A program made the translations under genes and the position numbers. Below are positions 1 to 9,720 of a stretch of DNA of 64,000 nucleotides, piece after piece. The notes under the pieces are model-generated. The model made no database searches. It was not told the DNA's origin and saw nothing but the letters and a program-made list of their open reading frames with translations. Every line of letters starts with the position of its first letter. Position 1 is the stretch's first letter. The stretch comes from an uncultured archaeon (GTDB lineage: Archaea > Thermoplasmatota > Penumbrarchaeia > JASLWR01). The stretch lies in contig CAYFHS010000006.1 in NCBI GenBank assembly GCA_964342815.1, positions 64,001 to 128,000 of the forward strand, written 5' to 3'.

Positions 1-2
1 GA

Positions 3-3000
3 AGCTTCATTGACCCCGATACCCTCGATCCGGGTGATTTCCTGGTAACTATCAATGTACGAGATAGATATGGGGCGGTTGTTGAGATCGTCGATAACGG
101 GAGTAATGGTGAGAAAGGAATCACAATAGTGAAAGAGGAAGCTGCGCTTTGGACTGTAAGCTGTCCATATGATCCCCCCGACGACGTATCACTGGGTTAC
201 TACGACCTCGCCATAGGTTTGCTAGACGGTGATTTCTCATACGTATCCACCGGGTTCCATAACAATTCTGACGAATTACAGCTCTACCGCAACGCCAATC
301 CCGTAATCGAAGAGGTGGAATGCAGCGCGCTCAGGGTAAACGTATTCGGAGAGGATTCCTGCCGTTTCAGCGCGGTTTTTTCTGATGCGGATGCCGAATC
401 AATTGGGAATTTTTCGGTCTATCTTAATTTATTGGACCCTGAGGGAAATGTTCATGGTTTGGTGGGCGGACCCGGTGAGGATCTCAATGCGTCTGCAATG
501 TATATCAGTCCTCTTGACAGCACCCTTTTTGTTTTCAGATATGACATCGACCCGCCTTCTAAGTTCATGGAGGGAGAATATCTGCTGTCCTTCGGTATTA
601 GGGACGGTTGGCAGGGTTTGGATTCCCTGAGCTTTGGAGAGATATTGATAAATCTGTCGTTCTTTTACAACTCATTTCCTTCACCTCCCATGAAGATATG
701 GCCGAACAGCACCACTGATACATTCCCCTTTATCTCATGGTGGGGTGCATTGGACAAGGAAACACCCCACGATAAATTGAAATACTGGATACAGATAGGA
801 ACCTCCCCGGGAGACGACAACGTTCTTGCATGGTATAATACCAACTTCTCAACCTCCTACCAGCCCTTCAGGGAACTTATTACTGGCGTTTATTATATCC
901 AGGTACGGTGTTTCGATGGTGAATATTACTCCGATACAGCGGAAATTGCAATGACAATAACCAGGACCGGTAACCGCCCACCAGAAATTCCGGGACCCAT
1001 CAGCCCAAAAAATACCGTAAGACAGGATCCCATGATTACTTGGGGAGCCAGTACTGAATATGATGTGAATGATATCATTGAATATACCATAACCATTGGG
1101 ACGGATTGGCATTCAAGTGATATAATGAAGGACATTCCCACCGGTGTCAATACGTTCTATCAGCTTCCGTTCAAGCTGGAATACGGCACCTATTACGTGC
1201 AGATCTCGGCGAACGACGGCTATGAGTTCTCCCCTGTTAGGGAGCAGGCCCTGGTTGTATTCGATCCTACCGATAATCTACCACCTTATCCCCCATCATC
1301 GCTGGAACCACGGGAAACGAGAAATTCCCTTCCATTTATCTCCTGGTCAGGTTCTATGGATCTCAACGGAGATACGCTTTTTTTCTGGCTTCAGATCGGG
1401 ACAAGTTCAGGCAGCGGCGATGTGCTTCCTTGGTGGAATACGGGTAAAAACAGTTATTTCCAGCTTTTTGAGGCACTACCGGAAGGTAGGTATTATTTCC
1501 AGCTAAAATGTTTTGACGGCTTTCTGTTTTCCCAGCTCTACGAGACCACCGTGGATATTTTGACCCCTCGTCCCCTTCTGTCTCCCACCAAGCTAGATCC
1601 ATGGTTCACCACTGATCCCATGCCCCTGTTGAAATGGAGCGGTGCCCGTTATTCAGACGGTAACGAAAGTGATGGAAATTTCTCCTATCTCATACGGATC
1701 GGGACCAATGGAACTTCCGGAGATATTATGCCGTGGACCCTGGTCGAAAATCGAACCTATTATCAGCTGGAGGACGAACTTTGGCTTGGAAAATCCGTTT
1801 ATGTCCAGATCAAGACCTTCGACGGAAGCCAATATTCCAACGCTTCGGTCTGGACCCTGGTGGTGACTGAATTTCGTCTGACGGTGGGATTCAACGTGAC
1901 AAATCAATTATTTAATCTGGAAGAGAGAGAAAACCAGATACTTACGGCTTTCATCATGAACCACGGGATCAACGACATAACTGTGAGCTTGAGTGTAGAC
2001 GGTAGTTTATCAAGTTACGTCGAAATACCCGAAAGTACTGTTCTAATTAGACGTGGTGAATTGGTGTCAATAACGCTGCTTGTCAATATACCATCCTCTC
2101 TGTCATTGGGTGAGAATTCAAAAATAACACTGACCGCCAAGGCCTCCGATGGCGCTGTTGCAAGTTCAGAGCCTTTATCCTTCGAAAGAGTTGTGCTGAA
2201 AGACGAGGAATGGTATTCTTCACTTAATGAAAATTTATATTTCATCATAGGGATCATTATACTCAGTTTTACCTTGATATTATTATTGATCTTGATAATA
2301 AAACGGTACAAGAGAGGAAGACGGGAGCGCTTCGGGGCCGTCAATGCTATGGTAGATATCACTGAAGAGGATATGGAAGAATATATTTCTGTCGATAACT
2401 ATTCAAAACGCAGAGCAGCACTCCGTCGATCCCATAGACAAGTCGACGCAGCCATTCTCGAAACGCTTCGAGCACACGGCCTGATGAGCGGAAAAAAGAG
2501 ATTGAAGGTCACATTTCAGCCCCGTCGTGTTCCCCTGGCTTTGAGAGGGGGAGGTGGGAATACAATGGGGACCCAGCCCCGTGCGTTACCGGCGCCACCC
2601 CCCGGTGATGCTCATTCTTCTCTAATCCTCCCTGATTTTGAAGACACATCACTTCTAATGGGAGATACCCCGCCACTGCTTGAAAAGGGCGCTTCGGAAG
2701 ATATTCGTGAACGTCCTCCAGGTCCTCCGGATGATACTCCTGCGCTTCCCGAGTCGGATATACCGGATGCAGGGCCTCTGTTTCAAGGCCCCCCGCCAGA
2801 TGACCTGGAAATGGATTACCTACCCCCTGAATCATTCGAAATTACCCATGACGACCCGATACCTGAAGGTGGGGTTGTTGAAGTTGAAGGTGTACTTGCT
2901 GATGAAAAGGAAGACATGAAGAGTGGTGAAGGTTGGGGTGAATTTGAGGTTGGAGTAACGAATGAAATAAAGAATGAATTTGAGGTCGGAGGGGATATAG

Positions 3001-3599
3001 AGAAAGAGGCTGCATATGAGGTGGGAGGGAATGTCGAGAAAGAAGCTGCCTATGATGTGGGAGGGGATATCGAGAAAGAAGCTGCCTATGATGTGGGAGG
3101 GGATATCGAGAAAGAAGCTGCCTATGATGTGGGAGGGAATATCGAGGAAGAAACTGCATATGATGTGGGAGGGGATATCGAGAAAGAAGCTGCCTATGAT
3201 GTGGGAGGGGATATCGAGAAAGAAGCTACATATGAGGTCGAAGAGGATGTTGAGAAAGAAGCTGCTTATGATGTGGGAGGGGATATCGAGAAAGAAGCTG
3301 CCTATGATGTGGGAGGGAATGTCGAGAAAGAAGCTGCCTATGATGTGGGAGGGAATGTCGAAATAGAAGATGAATTGGATGCTGGTGGAAATATTGAGAT
3401 AGATACCGAACTGAAAGCGGGGATGGATTATGATATGGGAGACGAGAAGAATGCCGGTACCGAAAATAATTTAGATGATCGAGCAGGTGAAATTCAGGAC
3501 GACCCGGAAGCGGTGGAAGAAGACAAATCGGAAGGGAGCAAATCTGCTCTGGACGATATTATAGGAATACTGGGAATTGATGACGATGAAGAATTTTAA
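3..3599 (+). CDS. Large type-I membrane surface protein (5'-partial): four FN3-like repeats, an Ig-like domain, one TM helix, and a Pro-rich then acidic repeat cytoplasmic tail
   Basis: The frame is open from position 3 (SFIDPDTLDPG...), so the true start lies upstream of the window. Four ~100-aa repeats match P..P..I.P..T....P.I.W...D....Y.IQIGT..G..D...W..T.......YY.Q....DG..YS. TM segment LYFIIGIIILSFTLILLLILII is followed by KRYKRGRR. Confidence 0.85.
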   Translation, partial: SFIDPDTLDPGDFLVTINVRDRYGAVVEIVDNGSNGEKGITIVKEEAALWTVSCPYDPPDDVSLGYYDLAIGLLDGDFSYVSTGFHNNSDELQLYRNANPVIEEVECSALRVNVFGEDSCRFSAVFSDADAESIGNFSVYLNLLDPEGNVHGLVGGPGEDLNASAMYISPLDSTLFVFRYDIDPPSKFMEGEYLLSFGIRDGWQGLDSLSFGEILINLSFFYNSFPSPPMKIWPNSTTDTFPFISWWGALDKETPHDKLKYWIQIGTSPGDDNVLAWYNTNFSTSYQPFRELITGVYYIQVRCFDGEYYSDTAEIAMTITRTGNRPPEIPGPISPKNTVRQDPMITWGASTEYDVNDIIEYTITIGTDWHSSDIMKDIPTGVNTFYQLPFKLEYGTYYVQISANDGYEFSPVREQALVVFDPTDNLPPYPPSSLEPRETRNSLPFISWSGSMDLNGDTLFFWLQIGTSSGSGDVLPWWNTGKNSYFQLFEALPEGRYYFQLKCFDGFLFSQLYETTVDILTPRPLLSPTKLDPWFTTDPMPLLKWSGARYSDGNESDGNFSYLIRIGTNGTSGDIMPWTLVENRTYYQLEDELWLGKSVYVQIKTFDGSQYSNASVWTLVVTEFRLTVGFNVTNQLFNLEERENQILTAFIMNHGINDITVSLSVDGSLSSYVEIPESTVLIRRGELVSITLLVNIPSSLSLGENSKITLTAKASDGAVASSEPLSFERVVLKDEEWYSSLNENLYFIIGIIILSFTLILLLILIIKRYKRGRRERFGAVNAMVDITEEDMEEYISVDNYSKRRAALRRSHRQVDAAILETLRAHGLMSGKKRLKVTFQPRRVPLALRGGGGNTMGTQPRALPAPPPGDAHSSLILPDFEDTSLLMGDTPPLLEKGASEDIRERPPGPPDDTPALPESDIPDAGPLFQGPPPDDLEMDYLPPESFEITHDDPIPEGGVVEVEGVLADEKEDMKSGEGWGEFEVGVTNEIKNEFEVGGDIEKEAAYEVGGNVEKEAAYDVGGDIEKEAAYDVGGDIEKEAAYDVGGNIEEETAYDVGGDIEKEAAYDVGGDIEKEATYEVEEDVEKEAAYDVGGDIEKEAAYDVGGNVEKEAAYDVGGNVEIEDELDAGGNIEIDTELKAGMDYDMGDEKNAGTENNLDDRAGEIQDDPEAVEEDKSEGSKSALDDIIGILGIDDDEEF
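2977..3400 (+). repeat. Coding tandem repeat, 36-bp unit (12 aa, AYDVGGDIEKEA), about 11-12 copies
   Basis: Unit gggaggggatatcgagaaagaagctgcctatgatgt repeats head-to-tail with few substitutions, in frame in the cytoplasmic tail. Confidence 0.95.
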
Positions 3600-3987
3600 T
3601 ATCTTAGCCGTCGAGTTATCTCCCAATGGAGAAAAAAACGATAGCCTGAAATTTGCAGTTGGAGCTAACCCTTCCGATTACCGTAAGCTTCTGGATCGAA
3701 TTGCCAGCACATCACAAAAAAAAATTGGATCCGAAAAAAAACCATCACCCAAAAACCCAGCCGGTTTCCCGGATAATAAAACGGAAAACAAGAAGTGCGG
3801 GATTTGCCTCGAAGAGTTCGGACGGCATTCCAAGGTCGTGACCTGCAACTGTGGGAGATGCTATCACATACTATGTGCCACTCAGGTGGGCGAGTGTCCA
3901 ATTTGTGATGCTGATCTCCTGGCCCTCAGCAGCAGATTGATGGACCGTGGTAAAGTAAATGATTATTCCTTCATTTGGGGTAAATGA
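3586..3987 (+). CDS. Small protein with a C4HC3 RING/PHD-like zinc finger (Prok-RING-like)
   Basis: CGIC-x12-CNC-x4-H-x2-C-x6-CPIC. It overlaps the stop of the upstream gene. The ORF track starts at TTG 3577; ATG 3586 is more likely. Confidence 0.75.
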   Translation: MKNFNILAVELSPNGEKNDSLKFAVGANPSDYRKLLDRIASTSQKKIGSEKKPSPKNPAGFPDNKTENKKCGICLEEFGRHSKVVTCNCGRCYHILCATQVGECPICDADLLALSSRLMDRGKVNDYSFIWGK

Positions 3988-4037
3988 ATTTATTTATACC
4001 GCTCCTCTCACCGATACCAGGATGACCTAAATAAAAT

Positions 4038-5657
4038 TCAATGTGAATTGTTCTTTTTGTGTCGTGCGGACTTCGATTCCGAATAACGGTAATAGGGAGA
4101 GAGAGATTCGTAACCCATGCCACCGGGCTCGATATGCGACTCCACGCTGAAGTTCATGGGGGTGGAGATGAAGATATTTTCTTCCTCGAACCTTCGGAGT
4201 ATTTCGTGAAGAAGTTCAGACTTTACTGAACGCATCTTTTTCGGATTGTCCACGTAGAATCTCACTTCCATGATCACGTCGAAATCCCCGAAATTCCGCA
4301 GGATCACCTGTGGCGCTCTTGGTTTTTCCTGTACTTCGGGGTGGCCGTTGCTTATCTCTTTCATTATGCGCTCCGCAGCTGAAACGTTCTTCCATGTGGG
4401 AACAAGCCCAAGCCTTATCCTGACCCTGAGTGATGGTTCCTGCAGGTGGCTGAAGTTGGCGAGAAAATTCTCGGTAATCATCTTGTTAGGAATGGTTAGG
4501 ATCACCCCGTCTGTGGACCTCACCTTTGTGCTTCTGAGGCCGATGCGAAGCACGTCCCCCCACGCGCTGTAAAGTGTTCCGATCTTCTCCGGCAGGAGTA
4601 TCCGATCACCGATCTTGAAGGATTGGTCGAGCATGAGATGGAGACCCGCAAATACATTTGAAAGCGTATCCTGCGCTGCGAATGCCACGACTATTCCGAT
4701 CACTCCCATACTGGTGATGAAAAAAGTGATATCCAGACCCAGCTGGTTCAGTATGATGAAAATACCCACCACCACTATCACGGCACTGCCTATCCTTCGG
4801 GTCATGGGAAGAAGCATCTTGGATACACTGGGCTCGTTCATACGATCTGATATCTTTATTCCGGCATTCACGAGGGTTGTAAGAATCTTGACGCTGACGT
4901 ACATTACGTTGATGATCAGAATGATATTGTAAGTGAGTTCCAGCCAGTATATCACATTGGTCGGGATGGACAGCAGTTTCAGAGATGATAATATCCCGTA
5001 GAGTGCCACGAGAAGTATCAAAGGTCCCCGAACTGCATTTACGATAATGTCATCCAATTTTATTTTCGTCTTGCCAGTCAACCGTTTTATGACATAGGTA
5101 ATGAAAAGTGTCAAAACGATAATGATGATCATCCATATGGCAAGTGACAGTAGAAACGCTCCCCCTTCATTGTCCAGAGGCGCGGGTAGCGGGTTCTTGA
5201 ACGTATCGAATATTAATGGATCGTGTATTTTTTCCACCTTTACCGCCCGCTGCACATCGAAAGTGCCTTCCTCTGAGGTAACAATGAATATCACAATGAC
5301 ATCGACCTCGTCATCGGCATCTTCCGAATTCGGTGTGGCTGCGATTGACACCTTCGAGCTGTTTCCGGGGGTGAGTGTAAAAGGATTTCCACTTTCAATT
5401 TCGATGCTCCATTGCTTGCCTATCTCGGAAAGTATCACTCTTACGGTACAGTTCGTTCTTCCTTCATTCGTAAGTAACCATTCATACCGTGCATCCTCCC
5501 CCGGTTCCACCGCTTTCACTTTAACGTTGGTATCATTGATTTTTAGTTCATCGGTAACGATTCCCGTAACGCTTGTTCCAGCCCCCACTGTCATTATGAG
5601 AAATATGATTAGAAGAAATACCGCTTTTTGCGTTACCTTGAACCCAGGGCGTTTCAT
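4038..5657 (-). CDS. mscS: MscS-family mechanosensitive channel with a signal peptide and an N-terminal extracellular Ig-like domain
   Basis: MscS core motifs FAAQDTLSNVFAG, FKIGDRI, GDVLRIGLRSTKVRSTDGVILTIPNK. About 140 aa of N-terminal beta-rich domain. Confidence 0.9.
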   Translation of the reverse strand: MKRPGFKVTQKAVFLLIIFLIMTVGAGTSVTGIVTDELKINDTNVKVKAVEPGEDARYEWLLTNEGRTNCTVRVILSEIGKQWSIEIESGNPFTLTPGNSSKVSIAATPNSEDADDEVDVIVIFIVTSEEGTFDVQRAVKVEKIHDPLIFDTFKNPLPAPLDNEGGAFLLSLAIWMIIIIVLTLFITYVIKRLTGKTKIKLDDIIVNAVRGPLILLVALYGILSSLKLLSIPTNVIYWLELTYNIILIINVMYVSVKILTTLVNAGIKISDRMNEPSVSKMLLPMTRRIGSAVIVVVGIFIILNQLGLDITFFITSMGVIGIVVAFAAQDTLSNVFAGLHLMLDQSFKIGDRILLPEKIGTLYSAWGDVLRIGLRSTKVRSTDGVILTIPNKMITENFLANFSHLQEPSLRVRIRLGLVPTWKNVSAAERIMKEISNGHPEVQEKPRAPQVILRNFGDFDVIMEVRFYVDNPKKMRSVKSELLHEILRRFEEENIFISTPMNFSVESHIEPGGMGYESLSPYYRYSESKSARHKKNNSH

Positions 5658-5658
5658 C

Positions 5659-7302
5659 TCATCTACTCCTGAAAACCGAATTGAGGCTTTTCGATATGAG
5701 GTCCATGTCCGCGATCATTCCCTTCTGGGATTCCATTATCTCACGAACCTTCAGGGATTGGTCCAGAGCTGAAGCGTTTCCCGTTCCAGCTCCAAGTACC
5801 AAGTGTATACCATCAAGGGCAATCTTCAAAGCGGTTTCCCTGGCATAGGTTCGGGACATAGCTTTCCATGTATCTTTATCGAAATTCACAGTCTCTCCGT
5901 ACTCTTCCTTGGCCGCACTTTGAGAAAATACCATGGCGGTCTCCCCGAGAGCGGCCAGTTCTCCCAGTTTGAAGAGAACGTGCTGGTTGCGGGTTAGTTT
6001 CTGGGCTCTGCAGTTTGCGAAAATGCTGTTGAGGGCGGCAAGGGCCAGGGAGACGATTCCGGCACCGACGTCCGGGCTGCTCCGGTGCAGTACGGCCAGT
6101 TTCCGGGAGAGTTCGAGATAATAGGTTTCCCTGCTTTTTAGATGATTCTGCCACCTGTTGCGGGCGATGGTCATCTCCATTATCTCGTTTGTGCCCTCGT
6201 ATATCATGGTTATTCTTACGTCGCGTTTTATCTTTTCCACGGCGTATTCTCTCGTATAACCGTATCCACCCAATGCCTGAATGGCGGCTTCAGCTGCATC
6301 ATTTCCCGTTTCCGTCGCCAGATATTTTGCGATGGCTCCTTCTGTCTGCAGTCCCTCCTCCCCTCCGTCCAAGCGTGCTGCGATCTCTTCGATATATGCC
6401 TTGGAAGCTTCTAGCTTGACGGCGTAGGGTACGATCAACTTATGGGTGTACCCCTGCTTCTCCGACAACGGACCTCCGGCCTGTATTCTCTGTTGGGAGT
6501 ATTTGATCGCTCTCTCAATAGCATCCCATCCGGCACCCAGACCGAAGGCGGCAACCATCAGTCGGGTGTAACCGAATACGGCCTGGGCCTGCATTAGCCC
6601 GAATCCCTCTTTCTCTCCAACCAGCTGGTCGGCGGGAACGTAAACGTTATCCATGGTAAAAGCGGCGGTGTTGGCTGCCCTGATGCCGTGCTTGTCCTCT
6701 GGTGCGTTGATGGTGAGACCCTCGGCGCCCTTTTCCATTATGAACCAACAAAATCCTTTGGGAGTCCGAGCCAGGATCAGATAGATGTCGGCCAGGCCTC
6801 CGTTGGAGATCCACTGCTTGGTACCGGTGATCCGGTATCCCGTGATTACATCGTTCTCAATTACTGCTTCGGCCCTTGTGGTGCTGGCGCCGAGGTCGCT
6901 GCCGGCATCCGGTTCGGTGGCTCCGTAAGCAACGAGAGAGCCTTCTTCGGCAATCTTGGTCATCCATCTGTTCTTCTGTTCATCCGTTCCTCCGACACGG
7001 ATTGGATCGGTTCCGAGAAAGGTGGCGAATATTGCCGTGGCAATACCGAGGTCGATCCGGGCCAGTGCTTCGCAGAGCCGGTAGACATCATAGGTGCTGC
7101 CGCCGAAACCCCCGTATTCCTCGGGCATGAGAACCAGATGAAGTCCCAATATCTCCGGGTCGTACATCTTCCGTAGTATCTCCTCGGGAAATTCCCCGTT
7201 CTTGTCCAGCTCCAAAAGATAATCGAAGGGGAGATGACGAGCGGCAAAATCATTAAGGCTTTCAAGTATCATTTCACGCGTATCCGAATCCAGACCGACC
7301 AT
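5659..7302 (-). CDS. Acyl-CoA dehydrogenase family protein with a C-terminal extension
   Basis: Motifs YGATEPDAGSD, GTKQWISNG, EDKHGIRA, IQALGGYGYTREYAVEKIKRDVRITMIYEGTNEI. Confidence 0.93.
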   Translation of the reverse strand: MVGLDSDTREMILESLNDFAARHLPFDYLLELDKNGEFPEEILRKMYDPEILGLHLVLMPEEYGGFGGSTYDVYRLCEALARIDLGIATAIFATFLGTDPIRVGGTDEQKNRWMTKIAEEGSLVAYGATEPDAGSDLGASTTRAEAVIENDVITGYRITGTKQWISNGGLADIYLILARTPKGFCWFIMEKGAEGLTINAPEDKHGIRAANTAAFTMDNVYVPADQLVGEKEGFGLMQAQAVFGYTRLMVAAFGLGAGWDAIERAIKYSQQRIQAGGPLSEKQGYTHKLIVPYAVKLEASKAYIEEIAARLDGGEEGLQTEGAIAKYLATETGNDAAEAAIQALGGYGYTREYAVEKIKRDVRITMIYEGTNEIMEMTIARNRWQNHLKSRETYYLELSRKLAVLHRSSPDVGAGIVSLALAALNSIFANCRAQKLTRNQHVLFKLGELAALGETAMVFSQSAAKEEYGETVNFDKDTWKAMSRTYARETALKIALDGIHLVLGAGTGNASALDQSLKVREIMESQKGMIADMDLISKSLNSVFRSR

Positions 7303-7585
7303 TTAATTCCTCCATATGTCCAAAAATCTTTCATAGTATTCCAGGACTTTTTTAATAGACGGTTTGATAGAAATAAAAAGCTAATATATATTAGTTTGTG
7401 CATATTGGCCCCGATGCACCACAGGACTTTATCAAAGAGCGACATTCAGGGAAAAATAATTATAATCTCTAAAAACGATACATATATACAATAATAAAGA
7501 AGATTACTGAATCCTGAGGGAATCTTAATATAGAATAAATCCATAAAACTTTGGGCGTAAAGTATTCGGCGTATTGGTGAAAATA

Positions 7586-9565
7586 ATGGCAGAACTACCT
7601 GGCGAGCAGGAATGGCTTGAAAAACAGAAATTTTCAGATACCTCCAAGATAAAGATACCGAAGAAATTGATCGATCACGTTATAGGGCAGGACGATGCGG
7701 TAACGGTGGCAAGGAAGGCCGCTCTGCAGCGGCGCCACGTACTTCTCATCGGCGAACCTGGTACCGGGAAATCCATGCTGGCCAACGCAATGGCAGAACT
7801 TTTACCACTGGATAATCTGGAAGACGTCATAGTGTATCCCAACGAGGAGGACCCCAACAATCCAAAGGTACGCGTAGTCCCCCGCGGGAAGGGTAAAGCC
7901 ATCGTGGATTTGCAGAAGGCCGAGGCCAAGATGAGAAAGGATCAGAAGAACAAGATGAAATTGATGATCATCGGAGGAATCGTTGCACTGTCCATATTGG
8001 CATTCATGATGATTCGTGACGCAGACGGTAATCCAAATCCCATGATACTTTTTTTCGGACTGATCGCAGCTGCCATTGTGTATATGGCCATGAGGGGTAT
8101 CGCCCCTCAGAAAGATGAGGAGTCGGTACCCAAGCTCCTGCTGGCACAGAAGAAGAGGTCTTTGGACCGCTTCGTGGACGGTACTGGAGCACACGCAGGG
8201 GCTCTGCTGGGAGACGTCAAGCACGATCCTTTCCAGTCTGGGGGCCTGGAGACCCCCGCCCATGATCGGGTGGAGATAGGTGCCATTCATCGGGCGCACC
8301 GCGGTGTTCTTTTCATAGATGAACTGAATACTCTACGGATCGAATCACAGCACAGCCTGCTCACCGCCATGCAGGAAAAGAAATTCCCCATCACCGGCCA
8401 GAGCGAGAGGAGCTCGGGGGCTATGGTTAAGACCGATCCGGTCCCATGCGATTTCATACTGGTGGCTGCTGGCAATCTCGAGTCCATGAAGGGTATGCAC
8501 CCGGCCCTGCGTTCCAGAATAAGAGGCTACGGTTATGAAATATATGTTAGAAGCACCATGAAGGACACTGACACCAACAGGAAAAAACTTATCAGATTTA
8601 TAGCTCAAGAGGTGAAAAAAGATAAACTGATCCCCCACTTTGCCAAGGATGCCGTAGGGGAGATCATACTTGAAGCCCAGCGCAGGTCCGGTCGTAGAGG
8701 TCATCTTTCGCTGAGGCTCCGGGAGCTGGGGGGTCTCATACGCGTGGCAGGGGATATTGCCAAGGAAGAGAATGCAAAGCTCGTCTCCCCCGAACACGTT
8801 ATAAAGGCCAAGACAATAGCAAAACCTCTGGAGCAGCAGGTGGCGGACCGGTTTATCGAACATAAAAAGGATTACAAGACTTTCAAGGTTACCGGTTACG
8901 AGGTTGGTATGGTAAACGGACTTGGTGTGCTTGGAGCGGATACTGGGATGTCGGATTTTTCAGGGATTATCACGAATATTGCAGCAGAGGTGACCCCGGC
9001 TGCGTCAAGAGATGAAGGGAAGGTGATTGCAACTGGAAAATTGGGCGAGATCGCCAGGGAAGCGGTTCAGAACGTTTCGGCGCTATTCAAGAAGCACACT
9101 GGCAAAGATATCTCAAATCACGATGTTCATATACAGTTCATAGGTACACATGAAGGCGTTGAAGGTGATTCCGCCTCTATCTCTATAGCCACAGCTGTGA
9201 TTTCTGCATTGGAACAGGTCAAAGTGGATCAATCCGTGGCAATGACCGGTTCCCTTAGTGTCAGGGGCGAGGTCTTACCAGTCGGGGGTGTCACGGCAAA
9301 GATCGAAGCCGCAGTAAAATCTGGAATAAAGAAGGTCTTGATACCAAAGGCCAATATGCAAGATGTGCTCATCGAAAACCGGTATAAAGAGATGATAAAG
9401 ATCATACCTGTGAGCAACTTGAAAGAAGTATTGGATAATGCCCTTGTGCAGAAAAAAAAGGGTATAATCGATCGTTTTTCGGAGCTTGTAGTTGAGAAAG
9501 TACCTGTGACGGAGATAGCGACTAAGATCCCCGTAGACAAATCAATAGCCTGCAATACCAGTTGA
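7586..9565 (+). CDS. lonB: Archaeal membrane-anchored ATP-dependent Lon protease (LonB)
   Basis: Walker A GEPGTGKS, two TM helices inside the AAA domain, Walker B LFIDE, catalytic GDSASI Ser, and the KIEAA Lys. ATG 7586 follows a GGTGA SD (ORF track start 7574). Confidence 0.97.
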   Translation: MAELPGEQEWLEKQKFSDTSKIKIPKKLIDHVIGQDDAVTVARKAALQRRHVLLIGEPGTGKSMLANAMAELLPLDNLEDVIVYPNEEDPNNPKVRVVPRGKGKAIVDLQKAEAKMRKDQKNKMKLMIIGGIVALSILAFMMIRDADGNPNPMILFFGLIAAAIVYMAMRGIAPQKDEESVPKLLLAQKKRSLDRFVDGTGAHAGALLGDVKHDPFQSGGLETPAHDRVEIGAIHRAHRGVLFIDELNTLRIESQHSLLTAMQEKKFPITGQSERSSGAMVKTDPVPCDFILVAAGNLESMKGMHPALRSRIRGYGYEIYVRSTMKDTDTNRKKLIRFIAQEVKKDKLIPHFAKDAVGEIILEAQRRSGRRGHLSLRLRELGGLIRVAGDIAKEENAKLVSPEHVIKAKTIAKPLEQQVADRFIEHKKDYKTFKVTGYEVGMVNGLGVLGADTGMSDFSGIITNIAAEVTPAASRDEGKVIATGKLGEIAREAVQNVSALFKKHTGKDISNHDVHIQFIGTHEGVEGDSASISIATAVISALEQVKVDQSVAMTGSLSVRGEVLPVGGVTAKIEAAVKSGIKKVLIPKANMQDVLIENRYKEMIKIIPVSNLKEVLDNALVQKKKGIIDRFSELVVEKVPVTEIATKIPVDKSIACNTS

Positions 9566-9720
9566 CAAAGATAAATAATTATTCCGTTCGATTTTGGATA
9601 ACGCAAAGAATTAATATATACGAGCTATATCGGAGAATTCCCTTCAAGCTTGTATCGAGCCATCTATCTCGAAGTAATCTTGGACCTGAACTCTCAAAAA
9701 ATACAGGAAGTGATACCACG

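Noticed and set aside
2977-3400. 36-bp repeats as a CRISPR array
   Set aside because: The units are head-to-tail with no unique spacers, stay in frame inside a CDS, and no cas genes are present.
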